Positions 1-7,066 of a DNA stretch of 32,104 bases are shown one piece after another. The translations under genes were made by a program, and so were the position numbers. Source of the DNA: Actinomycetota bacterium. Its GTDB lineage: Bacteria > Actinomycetota > Humimicrobiia > Humimicrobiales > Humimicrobiaceae. The stretch spans positions 1 to 32,104 of the forward strand of contig PWSB01000204.1 of NCBI GenBank assembly GCA_003563375.1. Direction: 5' to 3'. Under the pieces are notes generated by a model. That model made no database searches and had not been told where the DNA came from. It was given only the letters and a program-made list of their open reading frames with translations. How positions within the stretch are numbered: position 1 is the stretch's first letter; every line of letters begins with the position of its first letter.

Positions 1-40
1 ATAATTGACTACATATTGTATATAATTGACTACAATATGT
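1..40 (+). promoter_or_regulatory. Tandem direct repeat ATAATTGACTACA (1-13 and 22-34) with an embedded TATAAT (21-26). Probable promoter/operator region of the wHTH-NTase/HEPN operon.
   Basis: There are two exact 13-nt copies 21 nt apart. The 9-mers ACATATTGT (11-19) and ACAATATGT (32-40) are reverse complements. The region lies directly upstream of a gene encoding a wHTH domain, so autoregulation is plausible. Any -35 box for the TATAAT would lie outside the window. Confidence 0.35.
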
Positions 41-56
41 ATAAAGGAAGTGAATT

Positions 57-638
57 ATGCTAAATAAGCTTTTTTCTTCAAAAACTAGAGTAGAAATCTT
101 GAAGTTATTTTTATTTAATGCAGATGATAGTTTCTACCAAAGGCAGATCTCCACTCTTACCTCTCAATCCATAAGGGGTGTTCAGCGTGAAATTGAAAAA
201 TTAAGTAAAATTGGTATTATTGAAAGCTCCATTCAGGGTAACAGGAATTACTATAAGTTAAATAGAGCTTGCCCCATAGTCCAGGACCTAAAAAATATTT
301 TTTTAAAAACTGTAGGAGTGGCAGAATTACTAAAGGAGAGTTTTTATCAAAAGGGAACCAGGATTGCATTCATCTATGGTTCTTTTGCTAAAGGAGAAGA
401 AAATCTTTTAAGTGATATTGACTTAATGGTTATAGGTGATATAACGTCCAAAGAACTTTCAAGAATTCTTTCCGGGCCTAAGCAAAAACTGATGCGGGAG
501 ATTAATTATGCGGTTTTTTCACCAAACGAATTTAGAGACAGGGCTCAGAACAAAGATCATTTTATAAATTCTATCCTAGATGATAAGAAGATATACATCA
601 TAGGAAATGAGGATGAACTTAGAGGAATTATTAAGTAG
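57..638 (+). CDS. Winged-HTH fused to a minimal nucleotidyltransferase (MNT-type, antitoxin-like)
   Basis: 193-aa ORF. The N-terminal wHTH-like segment is KTRVEILKLFLF...SIRGVQREIEKLSKIGII. The NTase motif is GSFAKGEENLLSDIDLMV (G-S...D-x-D). An SD-like AAGGAAG lies at 44-50, 6 nt before the ATG. Confidence 0.8.
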   Translation: MLNKLFSSKTRVEILKLFLFNADDSFYQRQISTLTSQSIRGVQREIEKLSKIGIIESSIQGNRNYYKLNRACPIVQDLKNIFLKTVGVAELLKESFYQKGTRIAFIYGSFAKGEENLLSDIDLMVIGDITSKELSRILSGPKQKLMREINYAVFSPNEFRDRAQNKDHFINSILDDKKIYIIGNEDELRGIIK

Positions 639-1050
639 GGGCAGGCTAAAGCGTCACAAAACTTCAAATAAAGAAATTCAAAACTTGCTTGCGCTTGCAA
701 GAAGAGATATAAAAGATGCAAAAGTTAGAGGACTTTCTTCAGACAGAAGATTTGCCTGTGCCTATAATGCTGTTCTCCAGCTTGCTACAATTATGATTTA
801 TTGTAAAGGATTCAGGCCTCAAGGAATTGGCCACCACTTTGTAGTATTTGAAACTATGAAAATAATAACTGGAACTGATTATCATGAATTGACCGATTAT
901 TTTGATTCCTGCCGGTCAAAAAGGAATATAACTGACTATGATTATGCAGGTGCAATTTCAGATTCAGAAGCAAAGGAGTTAATTGAAGAAGCAGAGAGAT
1001 TTTTAAAAATAACCCTGGACTGGCTCAAGAAAAATTGTAAGGAATTTTAA
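607..1050 (+). CDS. HEPN-domain protein (toxin-like partner of the MNT gene)
   Basis: 147-aa helical ORF that overlaps the upstream NTase gene by 32 nt (ATG 607, alternative ATG 613). The C-terminal segment CRSKRNITDYDY resembles the HEPN R-x4-[HY] motif. The NTase-then-HEPN gene order is typical of MNT/HEPN pairs. Confidence 0.65.
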   Translation: MRMNLEELLSRGRLKRHKTSNKEIQNLLALARRDIKDAKVRGLSSDRRFACAYNAVLQLATIMIYCKGFRPQGIGHHFVVFETMKIITGTDYHELTDYFDSCRSKRNITDYDYAGAISDSEAKELIEEAERFLKITLDWLKKNCKEF

Positions 1051-1305
1051 AACAATTAATAGATGTACCCAAATGAAAAGAATATACATTTTTTAAAGCA
1101 ATATGTGATTTTGTTAAGCAATGATAAATCCAGAGGGATCAAGGTATTTTAAGCGGTGGTTTATTGATCCTTTTCGGGGACGGGGCTGGGGTTTTCTATT
1201 GCAAGAGAAATAGCAATATATAAAACGTAAATCAATGTAAGGCAAGATGGACAAAGGCTCGCTTTTTTTCTGTGGGTTTTAGATTAAATAATTTTTTGCA
1301 CTGGT

Positions 1306-2370
1306 TTAGAGTTTTGGTTTTTTTACTGTATAAGACAAGGATTTGGGCATGTCAGGGTTTAACCCTTTTTTAATGGTCTTAAAAAGTGCAGCTAATTGGA
1401 AAAATGGGATACATTGGAAGGCATTTGCAGATTCATTGGTTGCTTCTTTTCCAGAATAGGACCTTATTCCCCTATCTTGGATACCATCCGTTCCCTTGTT
1501 GCCGAATGTAACTATCTGGGCTCCAAGCTGGCGAAGTTCCATTGCAATATCTTCATACTTAAAAAGCTTGTTATCGGGGTTTAAAACAAGGCAAAGGCTA
1601 TTTATGTCCAGCAATGACTTTGGGCCATGGCTAAATTCATACAGATGGTAAGAGTAAGATGGCACTTGTGACATCTCTTTCATTTTTAGGTCTGCTTCCA
1701 CGCTAAGGCCATAATTAAAACCACTTCCCAATACAAAATATGAACTAAAATCAAATTCATCTATTAATCTTTGTGTATAGTCCTCCATCTCTGGGATATT
1801 AATATCGGATATTATCTTTTTAAAATCCTCTATTATGTTTTTTCTTTTTGCAGCTTTTAAAAGAATAAGGATATAGGCAAGCAGCATACTAGAGAAAGAT
1901 TCTGTCATCACTATGCTTTTTTCTACAGCATCCCTGCATACGAAATAACTTTTGGCTATATTGCAGATAGAACTGTTTTCTCTGCATGATATGCCAAGAA
2001 ATCTAATGTTTTGCCTACCGGTCAGGATTCTAAAAACATCTACAGTCTCTGTGGTCTCTCCCGAACGGGAGAAACCGACGAGTAAGTATTTTTTATCTCT
2101 CTTAAAATAATAATCCGGGTTTAACAATAGTTCGGAACTAGGAATTGCAAGGGCACTTTTTTGAGGCTCTCTTAAGGACCTTGTAAAAAATGCTGCAGAT
2201 TGTGCTAGATTATAGGAGCTGCCGCATCCAAAAAGAATTATCTCATCAATATTCTCAACTGAAATTTTATCGTGTTGAAGCTTTTTACCTATTATGTCAT
2301 CATAAACATTTTCCCAAGTATTATTTTGTTTCATTATTTCCTTATAGGTAGCATAATTTTGAAGCTTCAT
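1306..2370 (-). CDS. Double-SIS-domain phosphosugar isomerase/deaminase (AgaS / FrlB / GlmS-isomerase-half-like)
   Basis: 354 aa. The first SIS module has ILFGCGSSYNLAQSAA and LLVGFSRSGETTETV. The second module has FVLGSGFNYGLSVEADLKMKEMS. It starts 1 nt after the stop of the upstream kinase gene. Confidence 0.75.
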   Translation of the reverse strand: MKLQNYATYKEIMKQNNTWENVYDDIIGKKLQHDKISVENIDEIILFGCGSSYNLAQSAAFFTRSLREPQKSALAIPSSELLLNPDYYFKRDKKYLLVGFSRSGETTETVDVFRILTGRQNIRFLGISCRENSSICNIAKSYFVCRDAVEKSIVMTESFSSMLLAYILILLKAAKRKNIIEDFKKIISDINIPEMEDYTQRLIDEFDFSSYFVLGSGFNYGLSVEADLKMKEMSQVPSYSYHLYEFSHGPKSLLDINSLCLVLNPDNKLFKYEDIAMELRQLGAQIVTFGNKGTDGIQDRGIRSYSGKEATNESANAFQCIPFFQLAALFKTIKKGLNPDMPKSLSYTVKKPKL

Positions 2371-2371
2371 A

Positions 2372-3355
2372 TCATAGCCTTTCTTTTTGTTTTACTATAT
2401 CATATTTTTCCCTTATATCATTGAATTTGCTTTCTTCTCCTACTCCTCCGATATATTCTATGCTTTTTTCTGCACAGTAATTTGCAAATTCCATTGTTTT
2501 TTCAATAGGAAAATCTTTTAAAAAACAAAATATAAAACCTGCATCAAAATTGTCTCCTGCACCAGTTCCATCGATAAAGTTATCATTTAAGGTGTTATTG
2601 CACCGGAATCGATATTCTTTACCGTCGATTACAGCGAGCTGGCCCTCTTTGCCGAGCTTAATAATGACTTTGGGTACTGTTTCAGCTAGTTTATAGGCAG
2701 CTCTTTTTCTGTCGGTCTGTTTTGATATATTCAAGGCTTCATTTTCATTTAAAAAAAGAATATCTACCAAAGGCAAGATATCAAAGATCTCCGAATCCCA
2801 TTTTTCTTCAGGGTCATAATTTGTATCGAATGAAAATGTTATATTCTTGGATAAACTCTTAATTTTTTTTATGAACTGAGCATAATCTTTCTTGAGGTTT
2901 TGCATTATATAATAGGATGAAAAGTGTATATGCTTGATTTGTTCTATTTTTTTTAAAGAAATTTCAGAAAAACTAAGTTTTTTGACTGTTTCTATAGATG
3001 TGATCTGGCTTTTATCTTGTTCGTATGAAAGGTTTATAGTCAGACCTGTAACGCTATCCTTACTTATAATAATATCATCAGTATAAGTCCCGCTTTTTTT
3101 CAGACATTCAATAAGGTGGTGCCCAAAATAATCATTTCCTATTTTTGAGATTATCCCGGTCCTGATTCCCAGGCTGGAAAGAATAGATGAAAATATTCCA
3201 CCGGACCCGCCCACTACCAAGTTGTAATTTTGTGCAAGTATCTCGGTCCCTAAATCCGGTAAGACTTTAAGCCCGCACATTATGATATCAATGTTTAAAT
3301 CTCCGATTACCAGGCATTCTGGAAAGGTTTGCCGGTCTTTTTTTTCAGTTATCAT
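2372..3355 (-). CDS. PfkB/ribokinase-family sugar(-phosphate) kinase
   Basis: 327 aa. It carries a GG motif (VVGGSGGIFSS) and the PfkB signature DGTGAGDNFDAGF near the C-terminus. It is the first gene of a two-gene minus-strand operon with the SIS gene. Confidence 0.85.
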   Translation of the reverse strand: MITEKKDRQTFPECLVIGDLNIDIIMCGLKVLPDLGTEILAQNYNLVVGGSGGIFSSILSSLGIRTGIISKIGNDYFGHHLIECLKKSGTYTDDIIISKDSVTGLTINLSYEQDKSQITSIETVKKLSFSEISLKKIEQIKHIHFSSYYIMQNLKKDYAQFIKKIKSLSKNITFSFDTNYDPEEKWDSEIFDILPLVDILFLNENEALNISKQTDRKRAAYKLAETVPKVIIKLGKEGQLAVIDGKEYRFRCNNTLNDNFIDGTGAGDNFDAGFIFCFLKDFPIEKTMEFANYCAEKSIEYIGGVGEESKFNDIREKYDIVKQKERL

Positions 3356-3392
3356 TTAAATTGCCATTAAGCGTTTATTTTCGTTTATCATG

Positions 3393-3443
3393 TATAGTTC
3401 AATTTTCGTACTAATTATATTCTTATGATTGGCTGCTTGTCAA
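3393..3443 (-). promoter_or_regulatory. Consensus sigma70-type promoter for the kinase/SIS operon, with an overlapping 24-nt operator-like element (copy A)
   Basis: Read on the minus strand there is TTGACA (3443-3438), an 18-nt spacer, then TATAAT (3419-3414). This is immediately followed by and overlaps AATTAGTACGAAAATTGAACTATA (reverse complement of 3393-3416). The same element recurs at 4745-4768. Confidence 0.55.
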
Positions 3444-3573
3444 ATAAATATATGACAATTTTTCTTCAGGTATCCCAGCTATTATTCAAAAAACTTTAGC
3501 CATATAATTGGGAAGTTCAAAAAATTCTATATTTATTTCTGTATGTCTGTTAAAATGATTAAAATTAATCAGG

Positions 3574-3583
3574 TAAGCGCTTA
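3574..3583. promoter_or_regulatory. Perfect 10-bp palindrome TAAGCGCTTA (LacI/CcpA-type operator core AAGCGCTT) abutting the LacI-family gene start
   Basis: The palindrome is read directly from the sequence. It ends 1 nt before ATG 3585. LacI-family operators are CG-centred palindromes of the form AA-N-CG-N-TT. Confidence 0.45.
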
Positions 3584-3584
3584 A

Positions 3585-4598
3585 ATGGTCCTGAAAGGAT
3601 GTATTTTGGCTAATTATGAAGATATTGCTGGTCTTGCCCGGGTTTCTATAGCTACTGTTTCACATGTTATAAATGGGACCAGGTTTGTACTCCCCGAAAC
3701 TCAGAAACGTGTAAGGGAGGCAATGAAAAAATTAAAATACAGGCCAAACCTGTATGCCAGGGGCCTTGCAACAGGCAAAACAAATACGGTAGGGCTTGTA
3801 ATATCAAATATTAACAACCCTTTCTATCCTGAACTTGTGCAGGGTACCGAAGAAGTCGCAGTTAAAAATAATTATAATGTTTTTCTGTGCAGCACCGATT
3901 ATGACTTGAAGAAAGGTTTGAGTACAATCGGGGCCCTTATAAGCAGGAAGATCGATGGTATCATACTTGCCTCAAGCCAAATAGACGACTCAATCATCAA
4001 TGAAATTATAGACTATGGTATAAATTTTGTAATGGTAGACTGGGGTAACAGGAATATTAAAACCGACAGCATTATTTTTGATTATAGGGTTGGCATACAG
4101 GAAGCAATAAATCACCTGGTTGACCGCGGCCATAAAAGGATTTTTTTTATAAGCGGCCCCAAAAAACATAAAACTTCCATTGTAAGGATTAATAATTTTG
4201 TAGAATCCATTAAGAATTTAAACAAAGGTGATTTAGAATACAAGATCGTAGGGGGCAATCACAAACTCGAAGGAGGTTATAAAGCAGCAAAGGAAATAAT
4301 CAAATCGGATAAAATACCCAGCGCGGTCATCTGTTCCAATGATTTTACGGCTATAGGTGCGATGCATTCCTTTATGGACAGCGGATTGAAGATACCTGAT
4401 GATATATCAATAATAGGTCTTGATAATATAAAACTTACCGAAATACTCAAGCCTAGCCTTACTACCATCGAATTAGAAAGATATAATATAGGAAAAACAT
4501 TGATGCAGCTGCTTATAAACAGGGTAGATAAACCGGAACTGCCTCTTCAAAAAAAAGTATTTAAAACCAAACTTATCGTTAGAGAAAGTACTTCTTAG
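3585..4598 (+). CDS. LacI-family transcriptional regulator
   Basis: 337-aa ORF. The N-terminal HTH is YEDIAGLARVSIATVSHVINGTRFV...YRPNLYARGL, followed by a periplasmic-binding-protein type-1 sugar-binding core. The true start may be the in-frame TTG at 3606, which is preceded by AAGGA (3595-3599). ATG 3585 has only a weak SD. Confidence 0.9.
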   Translation: MVLKGCILANYEDIAGLARVSIATVSHVINGTRFVLPETQKRVREAMKKLKYRPNLYARGLATGKTNTVGLVISNINNPFYPELVQGTEEVAVKNNYNVFLCSTDYDLKKGLSTIGALISRKIDGIILASSQIDDSIINEIIDYGINFVMVDWGNRNIKTDSIIFDYRVGIQEAINHLVDRGHKRIFFISGPKKHKTSIVRINNFVESIKNLNKGDLEYKIVGGNHKLEGGYKAAKEIIKSDKIPSAVICSNDFTAIGAMHSFMDSGLKIPDDISIIGLDNIKLTEILKPSLTTIELERYNIGKTLMQLLINRVDKPELPLQKKVFKTKLIVRESTS

Positions 4599-4637
4599 CA
4601 ACACCTAGGGGTAGATTAAAAAATTATGGGTTAAAAC

Positions 4638-4696
4638 TTGACAAGAAAAAATAACTCTTATATGCTATTTAAGCACTTACGTAAGCACTTAAATAG
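4638..4696 (+). promoter_or_regulatory. Promoter-like TTGACA-17-TATGCT overlapped by a 32-bp near-perfect palindrome containing two tandem TAAGCACTTA boxes
   Basis: TTGACA lies at 4638-4643 and TATGCT at 4661-4666. The palindrome CTATTTAAGCACTTACGTAAGCACTTAAATAG (4665-4696) pairs at 14 of 16 positions around the central CG (4680/4681). TAAGCACTTA occurs at 4670-4679 and 4682-4691, and each copy is one substitution away from the TAAGCGCTTA box at 3574. Confidence 0.5.
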
Positions 4697-4744
4697 AAAA
4701 AGTTAGAAAAGAATTGACAAACTTCTTTTTCAAATTAAAATAAG

Positions 4745-4768
4745 AATTAGTACGAACTTTGAACTATA
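4745..4768 (+). promoter_or_regulatory. 24-nt operator-like element (copy B): AATTAGTACGAACTTTGAACTATA
   Basis: It matches the reverse complement of 3393-3416 at 22 of 24 positions. Internally it is an imperfect 19-bp palindrome, TAGTnCnAAnTTnGnACTA. It lies 62 nt upstream of the URO-D-like start codon. Confidence 0.5.
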
Positions 4769-4829
4769 AGAGGGTTTATCTTGACATATGCCTTGAAAAC
4801 AAGTGATTTAACAATGATCCAAACATAAT

Positions 4830-5921
4830 ATGAATTCAAAACAAAGAGTGCTTACTGCTTTAGACCACCTTGAGCCTGACAGAGTGCCTATGGTTTCGAG
4901 CTTTACGCCAGAGTTTGCTTCCAAACTAAAAAAATATTTTGGCCTAAGAGACAGCCTGGTAAATCCGCATGGCGGCATCGAGCATGACTTAGAGGTAAGG
5001 CTTGGAAATGATATATTGCAGACAGCCCAGGGTTTTGCAAATTCATATTATCAAAATTTTGACCATGGCTATACTGATGATTGGGGAATTGAATGGAAAA
5101 TAGTAGGCTACCAAACTTCGAAGGGGCCCGGGAAATATACTGAGATCGCCAATAATCCTCTTTCCGATGATAGCTGCATAGAATCATATCTTCCTCCTGA
5201 CCCTCTGGATGAAAAGAAATATGAGTCTTCAAAAAAACTAGTGCAGGATTTTGGTGAAACACACGCAATAATGGGAGTCATAGTCTGTACAGTATTCGAA
5301 ACTGCCTGGGCACTTAGGGGCCTTGATAAGTTGATGATAGACCTTGCCCTAAATGAAGACACCGCACAGAAAATTCTTGATATCCCATTCAAGTATCATC
5401 TTGAAGCTGGCAAAAAACTTGCCGGGCTGGGCGTGGATATGATTTGGACAGGTGATGATGTCGGGGGCCAAAACAGCATGATGATATCACCTCAAACCTG
5501 GAAAAAATTTCTTAAACCTCGGATGGCAACAATATTCGAGGAGGTAAAAAAGATAAATAAAGATATCAAGATAGCCTACCACTCTGATGGATATATCTAT
5601 CCCATAATAGATGACCTTATAGAGATCGGATTGGATGTGCTAAATCCCGTTCAGCCTAAAAGCATGGATCCAAATTATTTAAAAAAACGTTATGGCAAAA
5701 ACTTAAGCTTATGGGGGACAATTGATATCCAGCATACCCTTCCTTTTGGGACCGAGCAAGAGGTGGCCGATGAAGTAAAGACAAGGATAAAAAACCTAGC
5801 TCCGGGGGGAGGTTTTATTATAGCACCGACCCATAATGTTCAAATAGACACTTCAATTGAAAACTTTTTTGCCTTTTGGAATACAGTTAAGGAATACGGT
5901 CGCTATCCAATAAATACCTAA
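4830..5921 (+). CDS. Uroporphyrinogen-decarboxylase (URO-D)/MtaA-like fold protein, paralogue 1. Function unknown and probably sugar-related.
   Basis: 363 aa. The C-terminal block LNPVQP...LWGTIDIQHTLPFGT.EEV..EVK.RI..LAPGGGFIIAPTHNVQ.D....N is typical of the URO-D/MT2 family. No HemE-type MRQAGR motif is present. A paralogue lies at 30046-31203. There is no obvious SD before the ATG. Confidence 0.7.
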   Translation: MNSKQRVLTALDHLEPDRVPMVSSFTPEFASKLKKYFGLRDSLVNPHGGIEHDLEVRLGNDILQTAQGFANSYYQNFDHGYTDDWGIEWKIVGYQTSKGPGKYTEIANNPLSDDSCIESYLPPDPLDEKKYESSKKLVQDFGETHAIMGVIVCTVFETAWALRGLDKLMIDLALNEDTAQKILDIPFKYHLEAGKKLAGLGVDMIWTGDDVGGQNSMMISPQTWKKFLKPRMATIFEEVKKINKDIKIAYHSDGYIYPIIDDLIEIGLDVLNPVQPKSMDPNYLKKRYGKNLSLWGTIDIQHTLPFGTEQEVADEVKTRIKNLAPGGGFIIAPTHNVQIDTSIENFFAFWNTVKEYGRYPINT

Positions 5922-5994
5922 AACCTTTAAAGGGAGGAGGGATTATAAATAGATATTTTTTTACAAATAAGTATTAAAAAGAAAAGGAGAGAAA

Positions 5995-7008
5995 ATGAGA
6001 AAACCAATTAAGGTAATTTTGTATATCACAATAGCTGCAATACTAGCCTTTGGCCTTGCAAGCTGCAGGCCAGCAGCCGAAACCCCGGCCGCTGCACCTG
6101 CTGAAGAGGCGTCAGCCGAAGAAGCCAGAGATATAACCATTGCTACAATCACCTATTCCAACGAGATCGAATGGTTCTTTATTCTGGATCAAAACTACAG
6201 GGATGTTGCTGCTGAACTGGGTATAGAGCTGGTGCAGGTAGATGCAGAGATGGACCCTCAGACTCAGGTGGATTTGATTGAGCAGATGACCCAGAGAGGT
6301 GTCGATGCAATACTTATATCCCCCGTAGACCCCCAGGTGATAAGAGCTGCAGTGCAGGATGCACTGGATGCAGGTATTATCGTACTTATACAAGGCCAGG
6401 AAAGGGAGACAGTCCCCTGGTCGACAGCCAATTTCGGTTATGATGAAGCTCAGATGGGCACCTTGACAGGAGAGATTGCAGCAGCAGGTGTAAAAGATAA
6501 ATTCCCTGATGCCACTGAATTAAAGGTTGCTGTATTAGGAGACCCCGGCTGGGCTTCCTCGATTATAAGGATGGATGGGGCAAAACAAGCATTGATGGAT
6601 AACCTTCCTGATGTGAATATTGATTTTGTCCTGGACCACGTCCTCGGGGTGACCATTGAAACTGCAACCAATGTTATAGAAAGCGCTCTGCAGCAGCATC
6701 CTGACCTTAGGACCGTAGTGGGCATAAATGATGACGCTGCGATAGGTGCTGTAGGTGCAATGCAGTCAGCAGGAATTGATATCTCAGAAGCATGCATAGC
6801 GGGTGCTGGAAATAATAGAGGTACTTGGCCCTATATTGACAGGGGAGAGATACTTGGAAGTGTTGACCTGAACCATAGGGGGACAGCTGAAGTGGCTATC
6901 AATGCAGTTGTTAGCCTGCTGGATGGCGAAGAAGTCCCTGAGATGATGTATATCGACATGATAAAGGTAACTCCAGAAAACTTAGATAATTGGTATACCG
7001 GTGAATAA
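5995..7008 (+). CDS. Sugar ABC transporter substrate-binding lipoprotein (PBP type 1, RbsB-like, CUT2 family)
   Basis: 337 aa. It has a signal peptide with lipobox LASC (Cys24), then a Pro/Ala/Glu linker (RPAAETPAAAPAEEASAEEA) and a PBP1 fold (VDAILISPVDP, GINDDAAIGA). SD AAGGAGAG lies upstream. Confidence 0.9.
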   Translation: MRKPIKVILYITIAAILAFGLASCRPAAETPAAAPAEEASAEEARDITIATITYSNEIEWFFILDQNYRDVAAELGIELVQVDAEMDPQTQVDLIEQMTQRGVDAILISPVDPQVIRAAVQDALDAGIIVLIQGQERETVPWSTANFGYDEAQMGTLTGEIAAAGVKDKFPDATELKVAVLGDPGWASSIIRMDGAKQALMDNLPDVNIDFVLDHVLGVTIETATNVIESALQQHPDLRTVVGINDDAAIGAVGAMQSAGIDISEACIAGAGNNRGTWPYIDRGEILGSVDLNHRGTAEVAINAVVSLLDGEEVPEMMYIDMIKVTPENLDNWYTGE

Positions 7009-7023
7009 ATAAGACACATAAAT

Positions 7024-7055
7024 GGCAGGGCAAAATTTAATTTTTTTGCCCTGCC
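7024..7055 (+). promoter_or_regulatory. Intercistronic 12-bp perfect stem-loop between the SBP and ATPase genes
   Basis: GGCAGGGCAAAA (7024-7035) pairs with TTTTGCCCTGCC (7044-7055) across an 8-nt loop, TTTAATTT. No U-tract follows. The hairpin lies inside the ORF-track N-terminal extension of the ATPase. Confidence 0.6.
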
Positions 7056-7066
7056 AACATTTAAAA

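Noticed and set aside
1-40. The tandem repeats at 1-40 and 25680-25724 as CRISPR arrays.
   Set aside because: Each has only 2-3 short units with no spacer architecture. One is an upstream operator-like repeat and the other is an in-frame coding repeat.
1136-1195. A hairpin GGATCAA (1136-1142) / TTGATCC (1164-1170) followed by TTTTC, as a terminator for the TA operon. The adjacent GGGGACGGGGCTGGGG (1176-1191) was considered as a G-quadruplex.
   Set aside because: The stem is only 7 bp with a 21-nt loop and a weak U-tract. Only three closely spaced G4 tracts are present, and the fourth GGG lies 38 nt upstream. Neither structure is well supported.
1121-1213. A 30-codon ORF (MINPEGSRYFKRWFIDPFRGRGWGFLLQEK) and an overlapping 29-codon ORF in the 1051-1305 intergenic region.
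   Set aside because: There is no SD and no recognisable motif, and the ORF overlaps the hairpin and G-tract sequence. It is probably a chance ORF.
3393-4768. The 24-nt inverted copies as terminal inverted repeats of an IS or MITE carrying the LacI gene.
   Set aside because: There is no transposase between them. The flanking bases (GTTTATCATG on the left, AGAGGGTTTA on the right) show no target-site duplication. Both copies sit at sensible promoter or leader positions, so an operator is the simpler reading.
4830-5921. Interpreting the URO-D-family genes as hemE (heme biosynthesis).
   Set aside because: There is no MRQAGR-type N-terminal substrate motif. Two paralogues are both embedded in sugar transporter loci, and no other tetrapyrrole genes are nearby.
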